Part shown: piece after piece, positions 19,314-28,470 of the stretch
Position numbering within the stretch: the stretch's first letter is position 1
Layout of the letters: each line of letters begins with the position of its first letter
NCBI GenBank assembly: GCA_029261035.1
Contig: JAJDCD010000022.1
Location: 16,063-80,062 of the forward strand
Origin: Candidatus Omnitrophota bacterium
GTDB lineage: Bacteria > Omnitrophota > Omnitrophia > Omnitrophales > JACROU01
DNA length: 64,000 nucleotides
Direction of reading: 5' to 3'
The notes under the pieces: model-generated
Databases searched by the model: none
Seen by the model: only the letters and a program-made list of their open reading frames with translations
What the model was told of the DNA's origin: nothing
Position numbers and translations under genes: made by a program

Positions 19314-19841
19314 ATGAGCGAAAAAAATGATTATATACAACTAGCAAAGCTTTTGGATTATCCAGATAAAAATTATATCAGTCAGCTAAGAACCATCATT
19401 AATTACTTTCAAGAAAAAAGCCCCGCAACTTCTCGTTTCTTAGAGGACTTTTTATCTCAACTTCTAGATCTGTCTTTGGAGCAAATACAAGAGATACAGA
19501 CAGCAACTTTTGATGTCAATCCTATCTGTGTGCCTTATGTGAGTGTGCATTTGTTTGGAGAAGAAAGTTTTAAGCGTTCTCAGCTTATGGCGGGTTTGGC
19601 GATGGCATATGCAGATGAGGAGTTTGATTCAGGTAAAGAATTAGCAGATCATTTAAGAAATATTCTTAATTTTGCACCTTACTTTAAAGCCGAAGAATGG
19701 GATGAGCTTGTTAGTTTTGTTTTGTTGGATTCAGTTGAAAAGATGCAAGGTAAACTAAAACAGCCGGATCATGTTTTCTTACCCTTATTGAATGCAATTT
19801 TAGAAAGACTGCGTCAAGATTCGCTTATAGGAGTTCTTTAA
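19314..19841 (+). CDS. narJ: Nitrate reductase Moco-insertion chaperone
   Basis: LLDYP, TFD, ELADHL motifs; position in the operon. Confidence 0.88.
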   Translation: MSEKNDYIQLAKLLDYPDKNYISQLRTIINYFQEKSPATSRFLEDFLSQLLDLSLEQIQEIQTATFDVNPICVPYVSVHLFGEESFKRSQLMAGLAMAYADEEFDSGKELADHLRNILNFAPYFKAEEWDELVSFVLLDSVEKMQGKLKQPDHVFLPLLNAILERLRQDSLIGVL

Positions 19842-21154
19842 TGATGAACCAAATGTTTTTTGTGGGATTGCCTTATTTAGCTTTATTTCTTTTAGTGGCA
19901 GGCTCTATCCTCCGATATGTGTGGAATCCTTTTAGTTATTCTGCGTTGTCGTCTCAGTTTTTAGAGAAAAATGCATTGTTGTGGGGGACGCTTTCTTGGC
20001 ATATAGGAATTTTAATTATTTTGCTTGGTCATCTTCCAGCATTCTTAGTACCCGAACTATGGAAAAGTTTAACTTCCAATTTTGTATTTCTTCTAACAGT
20101 AGAAACTGTGGGAGTGATGGCTTCCATTCTTTGTATTGCAGGACTTATTATTTTAATTGTTAGAAGAGTTGTTTCTGGAAAATTACAGCAAGTAACGACG
20201 GTTATTGATATTCTCTTACTCGTACTTATTTTGTTACAAGTGGTCATTGGTCTTTCGATGGCTCTGATGCATCGGTGGGGAGCTGTATGGTCTACAGGAA
20301 CAACAACACCCTATCTTTGGAGTATTCTTACCTTTCGTCCTGACATTTCTTATATAGAAGAAATGCCTCTTTTAGTTCAAGCTCATATTGTGATGGCCTG
20401 GATTATATTAATGCTCGTTCCTTTCTCAAGATTGGTTCACATATTTTCATTCCCTTTCCAATATTTCTTTCGTCCTCCCCAAAAGGTGGTTTGGGTCAGC
20501 GAGAGGAGGAAAGAACATGATGATTCACTTGTGGTGGTTCAAGAGAGTCGTAGAGACTTTGTTAAAGGGGCTTTGGGATTGTCTGTGGCTGGAGCTTTAT
20601 TGTCCGTAGGGGTTTTGGATAAATTGGCAGGTTTCTTTTATAAACCAGAAGTTTCTGTTGAAGAAGAAAGTAAACTGTTAGAGCAAAAACTAAAACGATT
20701 AGAACAAACAGCAGAAGAACGCACTTATCAGTTAGAAAGAATGAAGAAAGAGTTTATTTACGTATCGCGTCTAAATCAACTGGACATAGAAAAAGGGAAA
20801 TATTTTATTGATTACTTAATGCGTCCTGCTTTAGCGTTTTTGGGTAAGGATGGGCTTCCTATTCTCATATCTGCAAAATGCACCCATTTAGGATGTACCG
20901 TGGGGAGTGAGTTAGATAATCAAGGACGCATATTGTGCCCTTGCCATGTTTCTTATTTTAATATTAATACAGGGATGCCTAATCAAGGGGCTCCAGCTTT
21001 AGATCCTTTGCCTCATTTAGGCTGGGTGATCATGAATGCGAATAACGAGATTATTCTGGAGCAAGATCCATCCGGAAAGAGATATGGAAATGTGAATGTC
21101 AGTAGTATAGACAAAAGCAATCGTGTGTTTATAGCTAAGAAACATAAGGAGTAA
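19841..21154 (+). CDS. narI: NarI (gamma, diheme b) fused to a Tat-type anchor and a Rieske [2Fe-2S] domain
   Basis: NarI His ligands (WHIG..GHL; AHIV..RLVH), then SRRDFVK plus a hydrophobic helix, a coiled coil, CTHLGC and CPCH. Confidence 0.9.
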   Translation: MMNQMFFVGLPYLALFLLVAGSILRYVWNPFSYSALSSQFLEKNALLWGTLSWHIGILIILLGHLPAFLVPELWKSLTSNFVFLLTVETVGVMASILCIAGLIILIVRRVVSGKLQQVTTVIDILLLVLILLQVVIGLSMALMHRWGAVWSTGTTTPYLWSILTFRPDISYIEEMPLLVQAHIVMAWIILMLVPFSRLVHIFSFPFQYFFRPPQKVVWVSERRKEHDDSLVVVQESRRDFVKGALGLSVAGALLSVGVLDKLAGFFYKPEVSVEEESKLLEQKLKRLEQTAEERTYQLERMKKEFIYVSRLNQLDIEKGKYFIDYLMRPALAFLGKDGLPILISAKCTHLGCTVGSELDNQGRILCPCHVSYFNINTGMPNQGAPALDPLPHLGWVIMNANNEIILEQDPSGKRYGNVNVSSIDKSNRVFIAKKHKE

Positions 21155-21157
21155 TCT

Positions 21158-22264
21158 GTGGCTAAGCAAAGTCGTTTAAAGTATGTAATTGATGCCTTGT
21201 CTGAAAGGCTGCCTATGGAGAAATTAAGCTTTGAATCTATGGTGCAGAAGAAAGAGGTTCCTCTGCATAAAATGAGCTGGGCTTACTATATGGGTGGGTT
21301 GGCGCTCTTTTTCTTTTTGACACAGTTGATTACAGGGGTGATGTTGTTGTTTTACTATGAACCTACGGTTAGTGATGCGCATGCTTCTGTAGAGTATATT
21401 ACGCAACATGTGGTTTGGGGTGATTTGATTCGAAATTTACATACTTGGTCCTCTAGTCTTATGATTCTTTGTGTGATGGTCCATTTGTTAACAACATTTG
21501 CGATGAAGGCATTTGAAGCTCCTCGCGAGTTAACTTGGCTTACCGGTGTTGGCCTTTTAATTATTACTTTTATGTTTGGTTTCACTGGGTATTTACTTCC
21601 TTGGCATCAAATTGCAGTCAATGCGACTAAGGTGGGGTTGCAATCTATTGAATATTTAGGCAATTATCTACCCGGGTTTTTGGCAGAGTGGCCTACGATG
21701 ATTAAAGAGATTATTCAGGGAGGCCCTACTGTAGGACAGGCTACTTTAAGCCGTTTTTATGCGCTTCATGTTGTGATTTTACCTTTATGTTTATTTGGTT
21801 TGTTGGGTCTTCATTTGCTTTCAGTTCAACTTCACGGAATGAGCCAGGGGATTGATAAGCCTTCAAAAAAACAAGAACGCTTTTTTCCATTTTTTGTACT
21901 CAAAGATTTTTCTCTTTGGGGGATTGTGTTTTTAATTACCTTTATTTTGGCTCTCTGTCTTCCGTTTGAATCATTTTTTTCTTTTCCTCTATTTGAACCT
22001 TATGACCCACTGGGATCAACGCCTGATGGAATTAAGCCAGAGTGGTATTTCTTATTTCTTTTTTATCCTCTAGAACTCCTTCCTTTTTGGGTTGTTCTTT
22101 TGGGGTTGATGATTGTGATGGGTGTCTTAACATTTACACCCTGGATTTTCAAAAGTACTTCCAGAAAGATATTAACAATTATTTCACTGTTGTCAGCAGC
22201 ATACCTCATTATTATGACTTTGTTTGGAGGCATAATTTATGAATGGGTTAAAGGGGGACACTGA
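21158..22264 (+). CDS. Cytochrome b of a Rieske/cytochrome b (bc-type) complex
   Basis: TGVMLLFYYEPT, RNLH-x13-H, PRELTWLTGV, TGYLLPW, RFYALH-x14-H, KPEWY Qo motif. Confidence 0.92.
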   Translation: MAKQSRLKYVIDALSERLPMEKLSFESMVQKKEVPLHKMSWAYYMGGLALFFFLTQLITGVMLLFYYEPTVSDAHASVEYITQHVVWGDLIRNLHTWSSSLMILCVMVHLLTTFAMKAFEAPRELTWLTGVGLLIITFMFGFTGYLLPWHQIAVNATKVGLQSIEYLGNYLPGFLAEWPTMIKEIIQGGPTVGQATLSRFYALHVVILPLCLFGLLGLHLLSVQLHGMSQGIDKPSKKQERFFPFFVLKDFSLWGIVFLITFILALCLPFESFFSFPLFEPYDPLGSTPDGIKPEWYFLFLFYPLELLPFWVVLLGLMIVMGVLTFTPWIFKSTSRKILTIISLLSAAYLIIMTLFGGIIYEWVKGGH

Positions 22265-22266
22265 TA

Positions 22267-22905
22267 ATGAGATGGATTAAGGTTTTATCATTAGTAAGTT
22301 TTCTATTAGGAATCTCTTTTTTATTCCAAGACAACCTTTGTGCTTACCCTGAGTTTCAAGAGTTCTCACAGAAAAATTCAGGACGTTATGTTAACTGTGC
22401 TCTTTGTCATGCCCATCCTGATGGTCCTGAGGGAATTAAGCCAGGGCAGGTAGGTAGTTTGGATGAGGAGGAAAGGCAGTTGTTGAATCAGGCACGAGCA
22501 GCCGTTCAGCCTGGATTTGAAGTTAATAGCCCCATTCTAAATGAGTTTGGCAATGACATTATGAAGCAATTAGGAAAGAAAGAATTTTTATTGTACCGCA
22601 AGTTTCCAGAACGTTTATCTGAAGTGTTAGATCCAAATAGCGATTTAGATAACGATGGAATTTCAGATAGGCAAGAATATTTAGATGGAACTCATCCTTT
22701 AAATAATCAACACGGAAATCCATGGAAGTTATTTAACCATCGATTTTGGAATAATCGTTTTGATATTTTAATTATTGTTTTAGCCACTTTTTTTGGGCTT
22801 TATGGTTTTAAGCATTTGCTTCATTGGCTACATTTTAAGACATCCTCTTTTAATAAGGATGAGGATGAAAGCGAAGATGAGGACAAGGATTCTTATTCCA
22901 TATAA
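22267..22905 (+). CDS. Exported monoheme cytochrome c-like protein with acidic Ca-binding repeat and C-terminal TM
   Basis: Signal peptide, CALCH, LNEFG, DLDNDGISDRQE..DGTHP, C-terminal TM. Confidence 0.75.
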   Translation: MRWIKVLSLVSFLLGISFLFQDNLCAYPEFQEFSQKNSGRYVNCALCHAHPDGPEGIKPGQVGSLDEEERQLLNQARAAVQPGFEVNSPILNEFGNDIMKQLGKKEFLLYRKFPERLSEVLDPNSDLDNDGISDRQEYLDGTHPLNNQHGNPWKLFNHRFWNNRFDILIIVLATFFGLYGFKHLLHWLHFKTSSFNKDEDESEDEDKDSYSI

Positions 22906-22917
22906 GGAGTTATCGTC

Positions 22918-24405
22918 ATGCAAACACAAGCAACTTTTGATTCCCACAAGGCACTTTTTTTAAATACGTTTGCTTTTACTGTGTGTTTTGCCGTTTGGAT
23001 GTTAAACGGGGTGCTCGTAACCTTTTTAGTAGCAAATCAGGTCTTTGACTGGGGTCCTGTTGAAATAGGTTGGTTGTTGGGGATTCCTGTCTTAACGGGT
23101 TCTCTTTTTCGTTTGCCTGCAGGTATGCTTACGGATAAGTTTGGAGGCAAGCCCATTTATGGAGCTTTGCTTTTAATATGCGCTGTACCTATGTACTTAT
23201 TATCGTACGCTAATGATTTTACCAGTTTTGCTTTATGCAGTTTTGGATTTGGATTAGCAGGGGTTAGTTTTTCTATTGGAATTGCGTTTTCTTCTGTTTG
23301 GTATCCTAAAAATATTCAAGGAACAGTACTCGGCATTTTTGGTGCAGGAAATGCTGGAGCAGCGCTCACAACATTGTTTGCTCCTACCATCTTAAATAAA
23401 TTAACACAAAATGGAATCAATATAGAAGGTTGGAGAATGTTACCAAAGTATTATGCTTTGGTATTGATTGCCACTGCTATTGTGTTTTTTATCTTTTCTA
23501 AAAACAAAAAACCTGCTTCGAGTGGCTTGGGTTGGATTGAGATGTTGAAGCCATTAAAAAATATTCGAGTATGGCGATTTGGGCTTTATTACTTTTTGGT
23601 GTTTGGGTGTTTTGTGGCTTTTTCTCAATGGCTAGTACCTTATTTTGTAAATGTTTATTACTTACCTTTAGTTACAGCAGGAATCTTTGCTTCGCTATTT
23701 AGTTTGCCTTCAGGTGTTATTCGAGCTTTAGGAGGGTGGATGTCGGATAAGTTTGGAGCAAGGAAAGTGATGTATTGGATCCTAGCATCTTCAACCATTA
23801 TTTGCTTCTTGTTAATTGTTCCCAAAATGGATATTTACTCCCCAGGGCAGGGGATTATGGCTAAAAGAGCGGGAGAGGTTGTTGGGGTGACTGATGGTGC
23901 AATTAAAGTAGATACTAAGACTTACACCATGGTTAAAGCCCAGAATAAATTTGATGATTTGGATGATCAAGTTTTGGTATTTCCTTCAAAAGAAGTGTGG
24001 CAAGAAGCAGTTGTTGAGGTGGGTCAAAAAGTAAAACGAAAAGAGTTGTTAGCAAAAGGAATAACCCGAATTCATTTTCAGGCGAATGTATGGATTTTTA
24101 CCGTTCTGGTTATTGCATTAGGGGCTATCTGGGGGATTGGAAAAGCAGCCGTTTATAAACATATTCCTGATTATTTTCCTAACGAAGTGGGTGTTGTCGG
24201 AGGGATGGTCGGAGTTCTTGGCGGGTTAGGCGGGTTTTTCTGCCCGATTATTTTTGGTTATTTGCTAAAAGGAACAGGGCTTTGGACGAGTTGTTGGATT
24301 TTTATGTTCTTTTTATCTTTTCTCTGTCTGTGGTGGATGCATCATGTCATTAGTCATATGTTGAGAAAGAAACAACCCGAATTAGAACATCGAATTGACC
24401 ATTAA
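22918..24405 (+). CDS. narK: NarK/NNP-family nitrate/nitrite transporter with an inserted soluble domain
   Basis: MFS; GIFGAGNAG nitrate signature, RALGGWMSDKFG, GGMVGVLGGLGGFF. Confidence 0.9.
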   Translation: MQTQATFDSHKALFLNTFAFTVCFAVWMLNGVLVTFLVANQVFDWGPVEIGWLLGIPVLTGSLFRLPAGMLTDKFGGKPIYGALLLICAVPMYLLSYANDFTSFALCSFGFGLAGVSFSIGIAFSSVWYPKNIQGTVLGIFGAGNAGAALTTLFAPTILNKLTQNGINIEGWRMLPKYYALVLIATAIVFFIFSKNKKPASSGLGWIEMLKPLKNIRVWRFGLYYFLVFGCFVAFSQWLVPYFVNVYYLPLVTAGIFASLFSLPSGVIRALGGWMSDKFGARKVMYWILASSTIICFLLIVPKMDIYSPGQGIMAKRAGEVVGVTDGAIKVDTKTYTMVKAQNKFDDLDDQVLVFPSKEVWQEAVVEVGQKVKRKELLAKGITRIHFQANVWIFTVLVIALGAIWGIGKAAVYKHIPDYFPNEVGVVGGMVGVLGGLGGFFCPIIFGYLLKGTGLWTSCWIFMFFLSFLCLWWMHHVISHMLRKKQPELEHRIDH

Positions 24406-24432
24406 CAACGAGTAAAGTTTAAGGAGTGGAAG

Positions 24433-26028
24433 ATGTCAAAAATTAATATTCCCGATTGGGATGTCGAAAATAATGAGTTTTGGAATAATAAGGGTAAAAA
24501 ACTTGCTTCTAAGAACCTTTGGCTTTCTATTCCTGCATTGCTACTGGCTTTTTCTGTCTGGTTGATGTGGGGGATGGTTATTGTTCAGATGAAAAAGCTG
24601 GGATTTAACTTAGGGCTTCCTGCGGAAACTCCGGAGCATTTAAGGCGAATTAACGAACTTTTATGGACGCTTCCTGCGATTGCAGGTTTGTCTGGAGCAA
24701 CATTGAGGATTCCCAATTCTTTTTTAATTGCTGTTGGGGGTGGACGTAATGTTATTTTCTTAACGACAGCACTTCTTCTAATTCCAACAGTGGCTGCAGG
24801 GGTAGCGTTACAGGATGTGAATACGCCTTTTTTCATTTTTGCTTTATTAGCGGCCTTATCCGGGTTTGGGGGAGGTAACTTTGCTTCTTCCATGTCTAAC
24901 ATTAGTTTTTTCTTTCCTAAAAGAGTCCAGGGAACTTCATTGGGTTTGAATGCAGGTCTTGGTAATTTAGGTGTGAGTGTTATGCAGTTTGTGATTCCTA
25001 TTGTTATTGCAGGAGGAGTCTTTGGAGCTGTGGCAGGTGGAGGTTTACCCTTAGTGGAGGTGGATGGCTCTAAAGCTGTGGGAACTTTGGTGTATATTCA
25101 GAACGCGGCATGGGTTTGGGTGCCTCTCTTAATCATTTCTGTTATCGCTGCTTTCTTCGGTATGAACAATTTGAAGTTTGCAACCCCTGCATTAGGTAAT
25201 TATTTTTTAGAGTTTAGTAAAATTATATTATTGATTTTTTTCGGAGTAGTCGCTGCTGGTTTTGGAGGTTGGTTACTAATTGGTTTAAAATTGAATATGT
25301 GGCTTGTGTTGCCCATTACAATTTTGATAACCGTTCTCTTGATGAAATTCTTATCTCCTGGGGAGTTGAAGGAAAATTTAAATAGGCAGTTTTCAATCTT
25401 TAAAAGTAAGCATAACTGGATTATGACGATTATCTATACGATGACTTTTGGCTCTTTTATTGGATACTCTGCTTCTTTCCCAAAATTAATTCAGGATGTG
25501 TTTGGATACCTACCCGATGGAGGGGTGAACCCAAATGCGCCAAACCCTATGACATGGGCTTTTTTAGGCCCCATGTTAGGCGCTTTAATTAGACCCTTAG
25601 GGGGATGGCTTTCTGATAAAGTCAATAGTGGGTCTAAAGTGACGACATGGAGTACGATTGCTCAGGTAGGTGCGGCGCTTGGAGTTGCTTACTTTATAGT
25701 TCAGGCAAAAGGGGTTGAAACTCCTGAAACTTATTGGTGGCCATTTTTTGTACTATTTATGATTTTATTCATTGCTACGGGCGTTGGAAATGGATCTACG
25801 TTTAGAAGTATTCCATATATTTTTAGTAAAGAGCAAGCGGGCCCTGTACTAGGATGGACCTCAGCCATTGCTGCTTATGGGGCATTTATTATTCCCAAAG
25901 TTTTTGGACAACAAATTAAAGCGGGCCATGCGGAATATGCGCTTTATGGATTTACGGCTTATTATTTGATTTGCTTGCTCCTGAATTGGTATTACTATGA
26001 CCGAAAAAATTCGCTCATTAAATGTTAG
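24433..26028 (+). CDS. narK: NarK2-type nitrate/nitrite antiporter
   Basis: W.VENNEFW, GFGGGNFASSMSNISFFFPK, GLNAGLGNLG, TFGSFIG, GNGSTF. Confidence 0.92.
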   Translation: MSKINIPDWDVENNEFWNNKGKKLASKNLWLSIPALLLAFSVWLMWGMVIVQMKKLGFNLGLPAETPEHLRRINELLWTLPAIAGLSGATLRIPNSFLIAVGGGRNVIFLTTALLLIPTVAAGVALQDVNTPFFIFALLAALSGFGGGNFASSMSNISFFFPKRVQGTSLGLNAGLGNLGVSVMQFVIPIVIAGGVFGAVAGGGLPLVEVDGSKAVGTLVYIQNAAWVWVPLLIISVIAAFFGMNNLKFATPALGNYFLEFSKIILLIFFGVVAAGFGGWLLIGLKLNMWLVLPITILITVLLMKFLSPGELKENLNRQFSIFKSKHNWIMTIIYTMTFGSFIGYSASFPKLIQDVFGYLPDGGVNPNAPNPMTWAFLGPMLGALIRPLGGWLSDKVNSGSKVTTWSTIAQVGAALGVAYFIVQAKGVETPETYWWPFFVLFMILFIATGVGNGSTFRSIPYIFSKEQAGPVLGWTSAIAAYGAFIIPKVFGQQIKAGHAEYALYGFTAYYLICLLLNWYYYDRKNSLIKC

Positions 26029-26031
26029 TTT

Positions 26032-26047
26032 TGTGATTTGAATCACT
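26032..26047 (+). promoter_or_regulatory. Crp-type box upstream of the radical SAM and porin genes
   Basis: TGTGA-tttgaa-TCACT; -10-like GATAAT/TAATTT at 26067-26074. Confidence 0.62.
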
Positions 26048-26136
26048 GTTTTATTGTACGGCACATGATAATTTAAACTCGTGATCGATTAATTTTTTAT
26101 TAATAAACCAAAGTCTATTAGCGAGTTTAAATTATT

Positions 26137-26904
26137 ATGCCGATTCCACTACAACCCTCAGTCGTTTATGGCCCTATATACTCTCGACGGTTAAATACAT
26201 CCCTAGGGATTAACATTCTGCCAACTGATAGAAAATACTGTTTTTCTAATTGCTTATATTGTCAATATGGCTTTACGGACTTTCTCTCTTTGTCTCAGAG
26301 AAAGCTCAGTTCGATCGATTTTCTAATTAAAAGAATAGAACAAGGCTTTGAAGAACATAAGAAAAAAGGGCTGAAGCCTCATTCCATAACGTTTAGCGGG
26401 AATGGAGAACCTACGGTTCATCCAGAACTTTTCTTTATAGTAAAAGAAGTTAAGAATTTAAGAGATATTTATTTTCCACAAACTCCCATTTCAATTCTCT
26501 CTGATTCTTCAAGGGTTCACTTTAAGAGTGTTCAAAAAGCTCTATCTCAATTTGATTTATGTTATATGAAGCTGGATTCAGGAGATGATGAAATGATGAA
26601 GGTTATTAATGATTCTCGATTTCAGGTTCCTTGGAATAAGAAACTAACGGGTTTGAAAGAAATTTCGAACCTAGCTATTCAAAGTATGTTTTTTTCTACT
26701 CCAGTTAATAATGCTTCTGAAGAGCAGGTAGAGCTTTGGCTTAACAAATTAGAGCAAGTAGCACCAAGCGAAGCTCATTTATACACGATTGACCGTTCTC
26801 CAGCGCATGAGAAAGCAACAGCTGTAAGCAAACAAACGCTTAACAAAATAGCTAAATCAGTAAAGAAAAGAATGGGTGGGGTAGATGTGAAGGTATTTAA
26901 ATAG
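26137..26904 (+). CDS. Radical SAM protein (YGP..SRR.G.SLG.N family)
   Basis: YGPIYSRRL..SLGIN, CFSNCLYC, TFSGNGEPT. Confidence 0.85.
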   Translation: MPIPLQPSVVYGPIYSRRLNTSLGINILPTDRKYCFSNCLYCQYGFTDFLSLSQRKLSSIDFLIKRIEQGFEEHKKKGLKPHSITFSGNGEPTVHPELFFIVKEVKNLRDIYFPQTPISILSDSSRVHFKSVQKALSQFDLCYMKLDSGDDEMMKVINDSRFQVPWNKKLTGLKEISNLAIQSMFFSTPVNNASEEQVELWLNKLEQVAPSEAHLYTIDRSPAHEKATAVSKQTLNKIAKSVKKRMGGVDVKVFK

Positions 26905-26949
26905 AGCATTAAAATCTTAGGGTTGTAATTTATATAAGGTGGTGATGGC

Positions 26950-28383
26950 ATGAAGATAATATATGTACTTTTAATTGTTGTTATGGGAGTGACAACAAAT
27001 TTATATGCAGAGAATGTAAAAGAACAATTTGCTGTTGATTCTGGAGTTGCCCAACAAGAGAGCGTTGCAAGGTTGCTCGATCGTTCTCTTCAATCGGTTG
27101 ATGATTCTGTAGGAGTTTTGGCAAAACCTTTGGATGTTCTTTTTCAGCCCATTTCCATTTGGGATGAAAATATTACTTTTCAATTAAGTGGCCAATATCG
27201 GTATCGTTTGGAGTTGAGAGATGATTTTAATTTTAATGATGCTCGATTTGAAGATGATGATATTCATTTAATGAGGACTCGTTTAAATGGAAAACTTCAA
27301 ATAGGCCCTTATTTGAAAATTTTTGCACAAGCTCAAGATGCAGAGAGTTTTGCAGGTCGCCAGGCTCATAAATCAAGAGCATTTGTAAACCGATTGGATT
27401 TGAGACAACTTTATGGAGAAGTCATTAGTCCATGGGAAGATATTCCTGTGAGTGTCAAAGTGGGACGTCAGGAGTTGTCTTATGGGGATCAGCGGTTTGT
27501 GGGAGCTTTTAATTGGTCTAATGTTGCAAGGGTATTTGATGCGGTTAAAGTGACAGTGACCCCTGTTTCTTGGTTTAACTTTGATATTTTTCTAAGCCAA
27601 GTTGTTCAAGTTAATCGCAGTCAGCCGGACTCTTCAAATCATAATGATAATTTTTATGGTATTTATAGCACGTTAAAACCATTCCAAGAACACCTGATCG
27701 ACACATTCTTGTTTATACGCCACAATCAGAATCGTGGAATTGTGGGGGAAGTTCCGGGAAGGTTAGGACAGTTAAAAGAGTATACGTTTGGCAACCGTTT
27801 TAAGGGTAAAAAATGGAATTTTGATTATGGATTGGAGTGGGCGTTGCAATTAGGTTCTCGAGCACATGATGAGATTAATGCGTGGGCTTTACACGTCGAA
27901 GCTGGATATACGTTTAAAGATTGCCCTTGGTCCCCGCGATTGTCTTTTGAGTATAACCATGGGTCCGGAGACAGCGATCCTACAGATGGAAAAAATGAGA
28001 ATTTTGATAATTTATTTCCTACAAACCACATGCACTATGGTTATATGGACTTTGCTAGTTTGAGAAATATTGAAAATATCAAACTAGCATTTGATTTAAA
28101 GCCACATAAAAAAATCAAACTAACAACAGCATATCATTGGTTTTTCTTGGATACGACAAACAGTGCTTGGTTTAATGCGGGGCAGGGAGTTATTCGACCT
28201 CGTTCTCCAGGGGCAAGTAACACGATTGGACAAGAGTTAGATCTGACACTTAAGTGGAATATGAACGAACATCTTAATTTATTTGTAGGTTACTCGCATT
28301 TTAATGCAGGCGCTTTTATTAAAGATACAGGAGCAAGTGATAATGCGAATTTCTTCTATGTGCAGTCGACTATTAATTTCTAA
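26950..28383 (+). CDS. Alginate-export-family outer-membrane beta-barrel
   Basis: Signal peptide, KVGRQELSYGDQRFVG..NWSN.AR.FDA, GSGD..P.DG...FDNLFPTNH..YG, terminal Phe. Confidence 0.85.
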   Translation: MKIIYVLLIVVMGVTTNLYAENVKEQFAVDSGVAQQESVARLLDRSLQSVDDSVGVLAKPLDVLFQPISIWDENITFQLSGQYRYRLELRDDFNFNDARFEDDDIHLMRTRLNGKLQIGPYLKIFAQAQDAESFAGRQAHKSRAFVNRLDLRQLYGEVISPWEDIPVSVKVGRQELSYGDQRFVGAFNWSNVARVFDAVKVTVTPVSWFNFDIFLSQVVQVNRSQPDSSNHNDNFYGIYSTLKPFQEHLIDTFLFIRHNQNRGIVGEVPGRLGQLKEYTFGNRFKGKKWNFDYGLEWALQLGSRAHDEINAWALHVEAGYTFKDCPWSPRLSFEYNHGSGDSDPTDGKNENFDNLFPTNHMHYGYMDFASLRNIENIKLAFDLKPHKKIKLTTAYHWFFLDTTNSAWFNAGQGVIRPRSPGASNTIGQELDLTLKWNMNEHLNLFVGYSHFNAGAFIKDTGASDNANFFYVQSTINF

Positions 28384-28425
28384 ATAAACAAGCAGCTAAA
28401 CTTGGTTTTCTCTGCTTGTCCCGCC

Positions 28426-28459
28426 AAAAGGGCATGGTTTGGGTACTATGCCCTTTTTT
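28426..28459 (+). terminator. Rho-independent terminator
   Basis: aaaagggcatggt-loop-actatgccctttt followed by a T-run. Confidence 0.72.
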
Positions 28460-28470
28460 ACCTTAATGAG

